Source: Desulfatiglandales bacterium (GTDB lineage Bacteria > Desulfobacterota > DSM-4660 > Desulfatiglandales > HGW-15). Taken from it: 64,000 nt of DNA. The stretch is from contig CAXXJJ010000001.1 of assembly GCA_963667015.2 (NCBI GenBank), positions 1,664,001-1,728,000 on the forward strand, in the 5' to 3' direction. The notes under the pieces are model-generated. The model worked only from the letters and a program-made list of their open reading frames with translations. It was not told the origin of the DNA and ran no database searches. Position numbers and translations under genes: made by a program. Below are positions 30,801 to 40,422 of this stretch, in pieces (position 1 is the stretch's first letter; each line of letters opens with the position of its first letter).

Positions 30801-31198
30801 TTGTTGTATCCCATGGCCCAAAGGGTGCCATCCTTTTTTAAAAACAGGCTGTGGGCATTGCCTGCAGCCGTTTGTACAACATTGGAAGCAAGATTTATCG
30901 GCGTGCTTCGTGTATCTGTTGTTCCTCCACCAAGTTGACCTTTGTTGTTATAACCCACGCCCCAGAGGGTGCCATCTTTTGTAATATAAAGAGTGTGATA
31001 TAAACCTGCATCTATTCCGGTGGGGAGGGCCTTAAGAGTGCTCTCATCCGAGGTGTGTTTTTTTGAATCCCTGTTTTTGTCGGATTCTGCGCCATTTGCT
31101 GTAACATCAACAGACAGCAGAGAGAATATCAAAAGGATGAATATTAAGGTTACCTGTCTCATTAAAGGAAGTCTTTTGGTGTTGTGTATAAACATCAT
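27818..31198 (-). CDS. Secreted RCC1-repeat / ankyrin-repeat protein, unit 2
   Basis: Same architecture as unit 1; ATG 31198 follows the GAGGAG RBS homologous to units 1 and 3. Confidence 0.9.
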   Translation of the reverse strand: MMFIHNTKRLPLMRQVTLIFILLIFSLLSVDVTANGAESDKNRDSKKHTSDESTLKALPTGIDAGLYHTLYITKDGTLWGVGYNNKGQLGGGTTDTRSTPINLASNVVQTAAGNAHSLFLKKDGTLWAMGYNKYGQLGDGTFFNRNKPVQIASDVAQVTAGVFHSLFIKKDGSLWGMGRNEDGQLGDGTFTNKNRPILIDNKVSQISAGSAHSLFIKKDGSLWGMGTNFSGQLGSNFRSKTNIPGSIATGVVRVSAGNSFTLFLGKDGILWGMGFNRYGQLGNGTTADLKTPVRIAAGVVQIAGGLNHSLFLKSNGTLWGMGANFSGQLGGGLPEIQNKPARISDNVTQISAGGSHSVFVKSDSSIWVVGSNYLGQLGDGTTTDRSRPVKVAGKIIGGTKQIDDFLDRHIYPDAEIKPPQSDAISPFDINSINFKFPDKKESPSSLKPAQTPTSKADDRPLKDQLFEYFGESDIENIDSVAALMWACNNGHLDIVKQLTAKGVNINSRRKTDRVTALMLASQGGHRDIVEFLISKGADVKKKNRFNGGSALWLAAQNGHADIVEILLKNGAKANVKNREGANEEITLEDIEREKTPEEERFELRVKKIAGMQQKHIILKEGLKEIAGYAEGDIINPNESPMMLKWDKVGEFLAQKEYEVITVMRSGAALWIASFNGHTDVVKLLIENHARVNSRGSNGTTALWVAAQNGHRDIAELLIKNNAKINIKDRNFSTPIRIAAKNGHTDIVKLLIENDADVNAFSKAERITPLAAAAQKGHFEIVKLLVENNARMDIPTTRNETAFWMALENGHEDVATYLCDKGAAIKGISDELRHTPLMMASKHGMTRLVKSLLDRGARVNVKTLHGITALIWALEERHMEIVRLLIDHGANVNAKLYDGTTALMLAVNRGDLDFVRFLVQKGADINVKAKDGTTALWNALIGSHGPILRYLIENGAEVVVLNKINGATILMVAAEIGNREVVDILIEKGSLVNQRAKDGITALWIASQEGHLDVVKLLVEKGAELDPKRDDGRTALWMAAQNGHTGIVKYLAEKGAVTDIKAEDGSIALMAAAQNGHSEIVKYLCEWGSDMNTEAIIEDTSYTALALAERNGWRDVSGILESMVTEQ

Positions 31199-31488
31199 TC
31201 GTTGGCTCCTCACAGTATCTTTATGAAAATTTGTTTAAATATTAACATCAGTTATTCCTCTCTTTAATAAAATGAGATACACTTCTCTGCTGCCAAAATT
31301 GAAACAAAAATGATACCCGGAAAATAAATAGGGCTTATGTTATGGTAATAACTTTAAGTGATAAAAATCATGCATGTGATACAGTAATACGGGTTTGGAG
31401 TGATACTGGTAATTATTTTAATCTTATTTCTGCGCGAGGTTTTAACGCTATTATTAAAGACTTCTTTTTTTGCGGTAAGGCTTCTCCG

Positions 31489-31558
31489 ATCTTAATAAGA
31501 AAAATATAATCTGTAAATATCATAAAAGTTACAGATTTATTACAGCGGAAAACTGTAC
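31489..31558 (-). promoter_or_regulatory. Copy B of the conserved 50-bp operator/promoter element
   Basis: TACAGT-N5-GCTGTA, then TTTACA-17 nt-TAAGAT on the minus strand. Confidence 0.55.
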
Positions 31559-31612
31559 TGAATGTTGATTTTTAAAGGCCAGGGGTTGAAAAACAACATC
31601 CTTTTATTTTTC

Positions 31613-32322
31613 TCAACTGCTCCGGCTGAAGACAAACCTGTGTTCTTCTCCATCAACTCTTATAACAACAATAAATTCACCTTCCGCTTTATCTTCTAAA
31701 TCTGCTGTATCGTAAATTATCAGTCCGTTTAAACTGCGGTCCGGCATTACCCCCTGCGGTTTAAAAACAAGAGGCGGAACAATTACTTCGAACTGCTCAT
31801 AGACTCTAATAGTCTCTTCAAGGTCGTCTGCTGAGGATAAAAATTTGGAGACCCACATTTCTGCTATGCCTTCAGCCGCCTCTGGTTGTATCATCTGCGC
31901 CTCTTCAATTCTGTCGCTGTACGTCCTATGTTTGAGAATATGCTGGATACTATTCTGCCTTCCGCATTAAAATAGTCATTTTCAAGGTCTTTCATAAAAT
32001 CGTCAAGTGGTTGAATTTCCAGTTTTATTGGCGCTGAAGCTTCATCTTTTCCCCTGAATTCCATGGATATATTCTCATTACTTATGTTGAGAGGTTCTTT
32101 GCCCCTGTTTTGTACAAGAAGGTTGAATATAATTTTATCCTCAATATATTTGAACTTCGTGTAAAGAGTAAGAGTTATCGTGTGTTTTTTCTCGGATATA
32201 ACAGCGCCATTGTAATCCACCTTTTGCATTAATGAGGGCTTTGCGACAGTCTTGATTTTGCCTGCACAGCTTTGAAGCAGTACAACTGATAAAAAAAGCA
32301 TTAAGTACAATTTTATTTTCAT
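31613..32322 (-). pseudogene. Lipoprotein, array unit 3, split by a 1-nt frameshift
   Basis: ORFs 31891-32322 and 31613-31894 together match the unit-1 lipoprotein; CTGTCGCTG at ~31916 versus CTGTCGGCTG at ~22500. Confidence 0.8.
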
Positions 32323-32334
32323 TTCAATCCCCTG

Positions 32335-35300
32335 TTATTGCTCTGTGCCTATACTCTCCAGTACCCCTACTATATCCTTCCACCCGTTCCTTTCTGCGAG
32401 GGTGAGGGCTGTATATGGTGAATCTTTAATATTTGCTACAGCGTTTATGTCTGAACCCCATTCGCAAAGGTATTTTACTATTTCACTGTGGCCGTTCTGG
32501 GCTGCTGCCATAAGAGCAATAGATCCATCCATTGCCTTGATGTCAGTCTCTGCTCCATTTTCTACAAGAAATTTTACAGTATTAGTATGCCCGTTCTGGG
32601 CTGCCATCCATAGACCTGTTCTCCCGTCATCCCTTTTAGGGTTCAGATAAGCGCCCTTTTCAACAAGGAGTTTAACCACATCAATATGCCCTTCCTGGGC
32701 AGCTATCCAGAGGGCAGTTACACCGTCCTTTGCTCTCCGGTTAACCATGGCGCCTTTTTCAATAAGGATATCCACTACCTCACGATTACCTATTTCTGAT
32801 GCAACCATCAGGATAGTCGCACCGTTTTTCTTGTTACGCACTACAACTTCGGCTCCGTTTTCCAGGAGGTATCTTAAGATAGGGCCGTGACTCCCTATAA
32901 GAGAATTCCACAATGCAGTTGTACCGTCTTTGGCTTTTGCATTTATGTCTGCCCCTTTTTGCACCAGGAATCTTACCAGGTCCAGGTCCCCCCGGTTTAC
33001 TGCCAGCATCAGGGCTGTGGTTCCGTCATACAGCTTTGCATTTATATTTGCACCATGCTCTATAAGAAGTCTGGCTATTTCCATGTGTCTATTTTCCAGC
33101 GCCCAGATAAGAGCGGTCATACCATGGAGTGTTTTAACATTGACCCGGGCGCCTCTATCCAGAAGACTTTTGACAAGATTGGTCATGCCATGCTTTGATG
33201 CCATCATGAGCGGTGTTTCATTTAGAGAGTTTGATACACCGTTTATGTCAGCCCCTTTGTCACAAAGATACGTTGCAGTCTGTTCATGGCCGTTGTACAA
33301 TGCAAGCCAGAATGCTGTTACTACATGTTTTATAGAAGTAACTTCTGTGTAATTTTTTGGTGCTCCTCCATCGATTATGGGGGTATCTATTCTGGCATTG
33401 TTTTCTACAAGGAGTTTTACTATTTCAAAATGTCCGTTCTCTGCGGCAGCCGCGAGAGCTGTCATATTCCTGGATTCTGAAGCATGATTTACCTCTGCGT
33501 CATTTTCTATCAGCAGCTTTACAATATCAGTATGCCCGTTTTGAGAGGCTATCCAGAGGGGGGCGGTGAAGTCTCGATCCTTTTTATTAACGTCTGCATT
33601 ATTTTTTATAAGAAGCTCAGCAATATCAGTATGCCCGTTCTGGGCAGCAACCCATAGAGCAGTTGTTCCGTTTCTGCCTCTTGAATTTACCCTTGCATGG
33701 TTTTCAATAAGGAGTTTTACAACATCAGTGTGACCATTGAGTGATGCTATCCACAGGGCAGCGCCGGATCCCAGTACTGCCATTACTTCGTTCTCTTTTA
33801 GATCCAGGAAGTTGCCTATCTTTTCCCATGCCTTCTTCACAGCATCGACCTCAAAATCTAACATATTGACAATTATTTTTAAATCATCTTCCTCTATTAT
33901 AGAATAATTCATCTGCAACCGAGACATTGTTCTGTTACGGAGCTCAAATCTCTTTTCTTCCGGGGTCTTTTCCCTCGCTGTATCTTCCAGTGTTAACTGA
34001 TCATTTGCACCTTCCCTGTTTTTAACGTTGGCCTTTGCCCCGTTTTCCAGAAGTATTTTTACAATGTCTGCATACCCGTTTTGAGCGGCTATCCAGAGGG
34101 CTGAACCTCCGTTAAACTTGTTTTTCTTTCTTACATCAGCGCCTTTTAAAATTAGAAATTCAACAATATCCCTGTACCCTCCCTGGGATGCAAGCATAAG
34201 AGCGGTGGCGCCGTCTGTTTTTCTTCTGCTGTTAACATCAACCCCTTTTTCTGTTAAATGTTTTACGACGTCAAGATGTCCCTTTTTACTTGCCCACATC
34301 AGGGCTGCAACACTATCAATATTATCAAGGTTTGATTCTCCGAAATATTCAAGAAGCTGTTCCTTAAGGGGGCGGTCAGCAATCTTTCGAGATTTTTGGT
34401 CTGATTTTAAAGAAGAGAGAGATTTCTTTTTATCAGGCAAGTTAAAGGTGATGGAATTTATATCAAAGAGTGAAGGGTCAATCGATCGGAATGAATCAGT
34501 ATCCTGCAGGGTTTCGATTACTGCAACCGAAGAAATACGACGGTTTAGAAAATTGTCGGCCTGTATTGCTCCGCCAATAATCCCTCTGACGATTTTGACC
34601 GGTTTTGTCCGGTCTATTGTAGTTCCATCGCCTAACTGTCCCAGATAATTTGAGCCTGTCATCTGAAGACTGCTGTCGCTTTTTACAAAAACAGTGTGGG
34701 AGCCTCCGGCTGATATCTGGATTACATTATCGGAAATCCGTGCCGGGGTATTCTGTATCTCGGGAAGACCGCCACCAAGCTGTCCGGAAAAATTTGCACC
34801 CATACCCCACAGCGTGCCATCGCTTTTTAAAAACAGGCTGTGATTGAATCCTCCTGCAATCTGAACTATTCCTGCGGCTATCCCAACAGGTGTTTTCAGG
34901 TCTGCTGTTGTTCCGTTACCAAGCTGGCCATACCTGTTAAAACCCATCCCCCAGAGAATGCCATATTTTCCTAAAAACAGGGTGAAAGAATTTCCCGCTG
35001 ACACGCGAACAACACCTGTTGCTATCGAACCGGGAATATTAGTTTTTCCGCCAAAATTGTCCCCAAGCTGGCCGGAATAATTTGCGCCCATGCCCCACAG
35101 GCTTCCATCCTTTTTTATGAAAAGGCTGTGAGCGCTTCCTGCAGCTATTTGTGTAACATTATTATCAATGAGTACTGGTTTGTTTTTATTGATAAATGTT
35201 CCGTCTCCGAGCTGGCCGTCTTCATTCCAGCCCATTCCCCATAAACTTCCATCATTTTTAATAAACAGGCTGTGAAAAACGCCTGCTGTAACCTGTATTA

Positions 35301-35763
35301 CACCGGAAGCAACCAGCACGGGTTTATTCCTGCTTATATTTGTACCGTCTCCAAGCTGACCATATTTGTTGTATCCCATGGCCCAGAGGGTACCATCCTT
35401 TTTTAAAAACAGACTGTGGGCATTACCTGCAGCAGCCTGTACTGCATCGGAAGCCACCTTTGCGGGCGTGCTTCGTGTATCAGTTGTACCGTCGCCAAGC
35501 TGCCCTTTATTGTTATAGCCCACGCTCCAGAGGGTGCCGTCTTTTTTGATATAGAGAGTGTGATACAGTCCTGCATCTATTCCGGTGGGAAGGGCTTTAA
35601 GTATTCGCTGGTCAACAGGCTGCTTTTTTGAAGCTGTATTTTTATTTGCTTCTGCGCCATATGCTGTAATATCAACCGGGAGCAAAGAGAAAATCAAAAA
35701 GATGAATAATAATGCAGCATGCCTCATTAAAGGAAATTTTATCGTACCCTGTCTGACGATCAT
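32335..35763 (-). CDS. Secreted RCC1-repeat / ankyrin-repeat protein, unit 3
   Basis: Same architecture; RCC1 region essentially identical to unit 1. Confidence 0.9.
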   Translation of the reverse strand: MIVRQGTIKFPLMRHAALLFIFLIFSLLPVDITAYGAEANKNTASKKQPVDQRILKALPTGIDAGLYHTLYIKKDGTLWSVGYNNKGQLGDGTTDTRSTPAKVASDAVQAAAGNAHSLFLKKDGTLWAMGYNKYGQLGDGTNISRNKPVLVASGVIQVTAGVFHSLFIKNDGSLWGMGWNEDGQLGDGTFINKNKPVLIDNNVTQIAAGSAHSLFIKKDGSLWGMGANYSGQLGDNFGGKTNIPGSIATGVVRVSAGNSFTLFLGKYGILWGMGFNRYGQLGNGTTADLKTPVGIAAGIVQIAGGFNHSLFLKSDGTLWGMGANFSGQLGGGLPEIQNTPARISDNVIQISAGGSHTVFVKSDSSLQMTGSNYLGQLGDGTTIDRTKPVKIVRGIIGGAIQADNFLNRRISSVAVIETLQDTDSFRSIDPSLFDINSITFNLPDKKKSLSSLKSDQKSRKIADRPLKEQLLEYFGESNLDNIDSVAALMWASKKGHLDVVKHLTEKGVDVNSRRKTDGATALMLASQGGYRDIVEFLILKGADVRKKNKFNGGSALWIAAQNGYADIVKILLENGAKANVKNREGANDQLTLEDTAREKTPEEKRFELRNRTMSRLQMNYSIIEEDDLKIIVNMLDFEVDAVKKAWEKIGNFLDLKENEVMAVLGSGAALWIASLNGHTDVVKLLIENHARVNSRGRNGTTALWVAAQNGHTDIAELLIKNNADVNKKDRDFTAPLWIASQNGHTDIVKLLIENDAEVNHASESRNMTALAAAAENGHFEIVKLLVENNARIDTPIIDGGAPKNYTEVTSIKHVVTAFWLALYNGHEQTATYLCDKGADINGVSNSLNETPLMMASKHGMTNLVKSLLDRGARVNVKTLHGMTALIWALENRHMEIARLLIEHGANINAKLYDGTTALMLAVNRGDLDLVRFLVQKGADINAKAKDGTTALWNSLIGSHGPILRYLLENGAEVVVRNKKNGATILMVASEIGNREVVDILIEKGAMVNRRAKDGVTALWIAAQEGHIDVVKLLVEKGAYLNPKRDDGRTGLWMAAQNGHTNTVKFLVENGAETDIKAMDGSIALMAAAQNGHSEIVKYLCEWGSDINAVANIKDSPYTALTLAERNGWKDIVGVLESIGTEQ

Positions 35764-36232
35764 TTTGCTGGCTCCTCACAGTACCTTTCTGAAAATTGGT
35801 TTAGCCATTAACAGCAGTTATTCCTCTCTTTAATAAAACGAGATATCCTTCTCTGCTGCTAAAATTGAAACAAAAACGATACCCGGAAAATAAAGGGGGG
35901 GGGTATGTTATTGTAACAACTTCAAGTGATAAAAATTATGCCTGTGCGACAGTAATACGGATTTTGATTGATACTGATAATTATTTTGATCTTATTTCAG
36001 CGTGTGGTTTTAACGCCATCATTAAAGACTTTTTTTTGTGGTAAGGCTTTCTTCTCCTTTTTTTATAAATATAAAATGCTATATTTGTTAAAAAAAAATC
36101 AAGACATACATGATTACAATCACTAAAAGAAAATGCTAATTTATTTAATAGCAGGAAATGGATCGCCAATTTCCCGGGTATGACAGATGAGGATTTATCG
36201 CCTAAAGTTACTGTTTATTTAATTTGCTTTTC

Positions 36233-36943
36233 TCAACTGCTCCGGCTGAATACAAACCTGTGCTCCTCCCCTTCAATTGAAATAACAGCATTGAATTCGC
36301 CTTCCACTTTCTCATCTATATCCCCTGTATCGTATATTATCAGTCCGGTTATACTGCGGCCCGGAGTTATTGTCTGCGGTTTAAAAACAAGATACGGAAC
36401 AATTCCTTCAAGCTGTTCGTAGGCTCTAATAGTCTCATCAAGATCGTCTGCTACGGATAATAATCTTGGGGCAAACATTTCTGCTGTAACTGCGGCGCTA
36501 TGCGGATCATAATCATATAAGCTTTCTATCCTATTACCTGTTCGCTCTACATCACCTAATAAGTTAGATATTATCCCGTATTGCGCATTGGAATAATCAT
36601 TTTCCAGGTCTTTCAGAAAGTCGTCAAGAGGTTGAATTTCCAGTGTTTTGGGAACAGAAACTTCTTCCTTTTCCCTGAATTCCATGGATATATTCTCATT
36701 ACCTATCCTGAAAGGTTCTCTTCCCCTGTTCTGTACAAGAAGGGCAAAGATAATTTTATGTTTTATATGTTTGAACTTCGTGTAGTGATTAAGGGCTACC
36801 GTGTGTTTTTTCTCGGAAATAACAGCGCCATTGTAATCCATCTTTTGCATTAAAGACGGCCTTGCGACTGTCTTGATTTTGCCTGCACAGCTTTGAAGCA
36901 GTGCAACTGATAATAAAAGCATTAAGTATAATTTTATTTTCAT
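36233..36943 (-). CDS. Lipoprotein, array unit 4
   Basis: MKIKLYLMLLLSVALLQSC lipobox; paralog of the other copies. Confidence 0.8.
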   Translation of the reverse strand: MKIKLYLMLLLSVALLQSCAGKIKTVARPSLMQKMDYNGAVISEKKHTVALNHYTKFKHIKHKIIFALLVQNRGREPFRIGNENISMEFREKEEVSVPKTLEIQPLDDFLKDLENDYSNAQYGIISNLLGDVERTGNRIESLYDYDPHSAAVTAEMFAPRLLSVADDLDETIRAYEQLEGIVPYLVFKPQTITPGRSITGLIIYDTGDIDEKVEGEFNAVISIEGEEHRFVFSRSS

Positions 36944-36999
36944 TTCGATCCTCACCGGTTGAATATGTGATTTTTTTATCTCAATCCCAAAAATACCTG

Positions 37000-39900
37000 T
37001 TAGTGCTCAGTCCCTACACTCTCCAGTACCCCTACGATATCCTTCCACCCGTTTCTTTCTGCGAGTGTGAGGGCTGTATATGGTGTCCCTTCAACTACTG
37101 TTACAGCGTTCATGTCCGAACCCCACTCACAAAGATATTTTACTATTTCACTGTGTCCGTTCTGAGCTGCAGCCATAAGCGCGATAGAGCCGTCTTTTGC
37201 CTTGATATCAGTCTCTGCCCCGTTTTCTGCAAGGAATTTTACAATACCCGTATGTCCGTTCTGGGCTGCCATCCATAGAGCTGTTTTACCGTCTTTCCTC
37301 ACGGGGTTCAGTCCAGCGCCCTTTTCAACAAGGAGTGAAACCACATCCATGTGCCCTTCCTGGGCAGCTATCCAGAGGGCAGTTATACCGTTTTTTGCTT
37401 TCTGGTTAATCCCGGCGCCTTTTTCAATAAGAATATCCACTACTTCACGACTACCTATTTCAGATGCAACCATCAGGATAGTGGCCCCGTTAGTCTTGTT
37501 GCGCACTACAACTTCGGCTCCGTTTTCCAGGAGGTATCTTAAGATAGGGCCGTGACTCCCTATAAGAGAATTCCACAATGCAGTTGTCCCGTTCTTGGCC
37601 TCTGCATTTATGTCCGCCCCATTCTGTATCAGGAATCTTACAAGGTCCAGATCTCCCTGGTTTACGGCCAGCATCAGGGTTGTAGTTCCATCATACAGTT
37701 TTGCATTTACATTTGCGCCATGCTCTATAAGAAGCCTGGCTATCTCCATGTGTCTCATTTCCATCGCCCACATAAGAGCTGTTATGCCGTGGGGTGTTTT
37801 AACATTGACCCGGGCGCCTCTATCCAGAAGACTTTTGACAAGACCGGTCATGCCATGCTTTGATGCCATCATGAGCGGTGTTTCCCTCATGATATTTGAT
37901 ACACCGTTTATGGCAGCCCCTTTTTCACAAAGATATGTTGCAACCTGCTCATGCCCATTGTGCAATGCCAGCCAGAATGCCGTTAATCTATGGGCAACTA
38001 GTATAGGAATTCTGGGTACTCCTCCATTGAATATGGGAGTATCTATTCTGGCATTGTTTTCTACAAGGAGTTTTACTATTTCAAAATGTCCCTTCTCTGC
38101 AGCAGCCGCGAGGGGTGTCATATTTTCGGATATTGAAAAATGATTTACCTCTGCGTCATTTTCTATAAGCAGTTTTACAATATCAGTATGCCCATTTTGA
38201 GCTGCTATCCAGATGGGAGCGGTTAAGTCACTGTCCTTTTTATTAACGTTTGCATCATTTTGTATTAGAATCTCAACAATATCAGTATGCCCGTTTCTGG
38301 CCGCAGCCCATAGAGCGGTTGTTCCATTGGATCCTGTTGAATTTATCTTTGCATTGTGTTCAATAAGGAGTTTTACAACATCAGTGTGACCATTGAGTGA
38401 TGCTATCCACAGGGCAGCACCGGCTTCCAGTTCTGCCATTACTTCGTTCTCTTTTTGATCCAGAAAGTTGCCAATCTTTTCCCATGCCCAGGACACAAGC
38501 CCGGCAGCTGATTTATTTATCAGACCAGTAATTAATCCAATATCTTCTCTCCTCGCATAATACTCTATCTTCAGACGGGCGATTGTTCTTTCACGAAGTT
38601 CAACTCTCTCTTCTTCCGGGGTCTTTTCTCTCTCAATATCGTCCAGAGTTAACTGTTCATTTGCGTCTTTCCTGTTTTTAACGTTGGCCTTTGCCCCGTT
38701 TTCCAATAGGATCTTTACTATGTCAGCGTACCCGTTTTGAGCGGCTATCCAGAGGGCTGAACCTCCGTTAAATCTGTTTTTCTTTCTTACATCAGCGCCT
38801 TTTATGATCAGAAATTCAACAATATCCCTGTGCCCTCCCTGGGATGCAAGCATAAGTGCGGTGGCGCCGTCTGTTTTTTTTCTGCTGTTTACATCAACTC
38901 CCTTTGCTGTTAACTGCTTTACAACATCAAGATGCCCATTTTTGCTTGCCCACATTAAGGCTGCAATACCATCAATATTATCTAAATTGGACTCTCCGAA
39001 ATGTTCAAGAAGCTGTTCCTCAACAGGCCTGTTATCTGCCTGAGATGAGGGTGTTTGAGCAGATTTAAAAGAAGTGGGGGATTCTTTTTTATCAGCCTTG
39101 TTATTGATGGAGTTTATATCAAAGAGTAAAGGGTCAATGGCCCGGAATGAAGCAGTATTTTGGGGGACCTTGATTACAGCATCCGGAGAAATATGACTGT
39201 CCAGAAAACCGTCTGCCAGCATTGTTCCGCCAATAATTCCACTGTCGATCTTCACCGGCCTTGTCCTGTCTATTGTAGTTCCATCGCCTAGCTGCCCGAG
39301 ATAATTTGAACCTGTCATCTGAAGACTGCTGTTGCTTTTTACATAAACAGTGTGGGAACCCCCGGCTGATATCTGTGTTACATTATCGGAAATCCGTGCT
39401 GGTGTATTCTGTATTTGAGGCAGGCCGTCACCAAGCTGTCCGGAGAAATTTGCACCCATACCCCACAGAGTGCCGTCGCTTTTTAAAAACAGGCTGTGAT
39501 TGAATCCCCCTGCAATCTGGACTATTCCTGCTGCAATCTGAACGGGAATTCTTTGGTCTGCTGTTGTACCGTCACCAAGCTGGCCATACCTGTTAAAACC
39601 CATCCCCCAGAGAATGCCGTGTTTTCCTAAAAACAGGGTGAAAGAATTTCCCGCTGACACGCGAACAGCACCTGTTGCTATTGAACCGGGAATATTAGTC
39701 TTTCCGCCAAAATTATCCCCCAGTTGGCCGGAATAATTTGCACCCATGCCCCACAGGCTTCCATCCTTTTTTAGAAAAAGGCTGTGGGCGCTTCCAGCAG
39801 CAATTTGTGCAACATTATTATCAATGAGTATTGGCCTGTTTTGGTTTATGAATGTTCCGTCTCCGAGCTGACCGTCTTCATTCCAGCCCATTCCCCACAG

Positions 39901-40422
39901 GCTTCCATCATTTTTAATAAACAGGCTGTGAAAAACGCCTGCTGTAACCTGTATTACACCGGAAGCAACCAGCAAGGGTTTATTCCTGCTTATATTTGTA
40001 CCGTCTCCAAGCTGACCGTATTTATTGTATCCCATGGCCCACAGGGTGCCATCCTTCTTTAAAAACAGGCTGTGGGCATTGCCTGCAGCTACCTGTGCCA
40101 CATCCGAAGCAATCTCTATGGGTGTGCTTCGGGTATCTGTTGTACCGTCTCCAAGCTGACCGTTATTGTTATAGCCCACGCTCCACAGTGTGCCATCTTT
40201 TTTGATATAAAGAGTGTGATACAGCCCTGCATCTATTCCGGTTGGCAGGGTTTTAAGCTTGTGCTGGTCAACAAGCTGCCTTCCCGAACTAGAGTTTTTC
40301 CCGGTTTCTGCGGCATATAATGCAATATCAACCGAGAGCAAAGAAAAAATCAAAAGGATTAATATTAAAACAGCGTGTATCTTAAAAAGAAATTTCACAG
40401 TACCTTGTCCGTTGTTCCGCAT
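37000..40422 (-). CDS. Secreted RCC1-repeat / ankyrin-repeat protein, unit 4
   Basis: Same architecture as the other units. Confidence 0.9.
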   Translation of the reverse strand: MRNNGQGTVKFLFKIHAVLILILLIFSLLSVDIALYAAETGKNSSSGRQLVDQHKLKTLPTGIDAGLYHTLYIKKDGTLWSVGYNNNGQLGDGTTDTRSTPIEIASDVAQVAAGNAHSLFLKKDGTLWAMGYNKYGQLGDGTNISRNKPLLVASGVIQVTAGVFHSLFIKNDGSLWGMGWNEDGQLGDGTFINQNRPILIDNNVAQIAAGSAHSLFLKKDGSLWGMGANYSGQLGDNFGGKTNIPGSIATGAVRVSAGNSFTLFLGKHGILWGMGFNRYGQLGDGTTADQRIPVQIAAGIVQIAGGFNHSLFLKSDGTLWGMGANFSGQLGDGLPQIQNTPARISDNVTQISAGGSHTVYVKSNSSLQMTGSNYLGQLGDGTTIDRTRPVKIDSGIIGGTMLADGFLDSHISPDAVIKVPQNTASFRAIDPLLFDINSINNKADKKESPTSFKSAQTPSSQADNRPVEEQLLEHFGESNLDNIDGIAALMWASKNGHLDVVKQLTAKGVDVNSRKKTDGATALMLASQGGHRDIVEFLIIKGADVRKKNRFNGGSALWIAAQNGYADIVKILLENGAKANVKNRKDANEQLTLDDIEREKTPEEERVELRERTIARLKIEYYARREDIGLITGLINKSAAGLVSWAWEKIGNFLDQKENEVMAELEAGAALWIASLNGHTDVVKLLIEHNAKINSTGSNGTTALWAAARNGHTDIVEILIQNDANVNKKDSDLTAPIWIAAQNGHTDIVKLLIENDAEVNHFSISENMTPLAAAAEKGHFEIVKLLVENNARIDTPIFNGGVPRIPILVAHRLTAFWLALHNGHEQVATYLCEKGAAINGVSNIMRETPLMMASKHGMTGLVKSLLDRGARVNVKTPHGITALMWAMEMRHMEIARLLIEHGANVNAKLYDGTTTLMLAVNQGDLDLVRFLIQNGADINAEAKNGTTALWNSLIGSHGPILRYLLENGAEVVVRNKTNGATILMVASEIGSREVVDILIEKGAGINQKAKNGITALWIAAQEGHMDVVSLLVEKGAGLNPVRKDGKTALWMAAQNGHTGIVKFLAENGAETDIKAKDGSIALMAAAQNGHSEIVKYLCEWGSDMNAVTVVEGTPYTALTLAERNGWKDIVGVLESVGTEH

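Larger units (their letters stand above)
22197..40422 (-). repeat. Tandem array of four ~4.6-kb units [RCC1-ankyrin gene + lipoprotein gene]
   Basis: Four paralogous gene pairs in the same order and orientation, with partly conserved intergenic DNA. Confidence 0.92.

Noticed and set aside
22197..40422. Diversity-generating retroelement as the source of the variable inserts
   Set aside because: No reverse transcriptase or non-coding template repeat is seen; differences include indels and are not adenine-specific.
22920..40422. CRISPR-like periodic repeats
   Set aside because: The periodicity comes from RCC1 and ankyrin coding repeats; there is no constant repeat-spacer structure and no cas gene.
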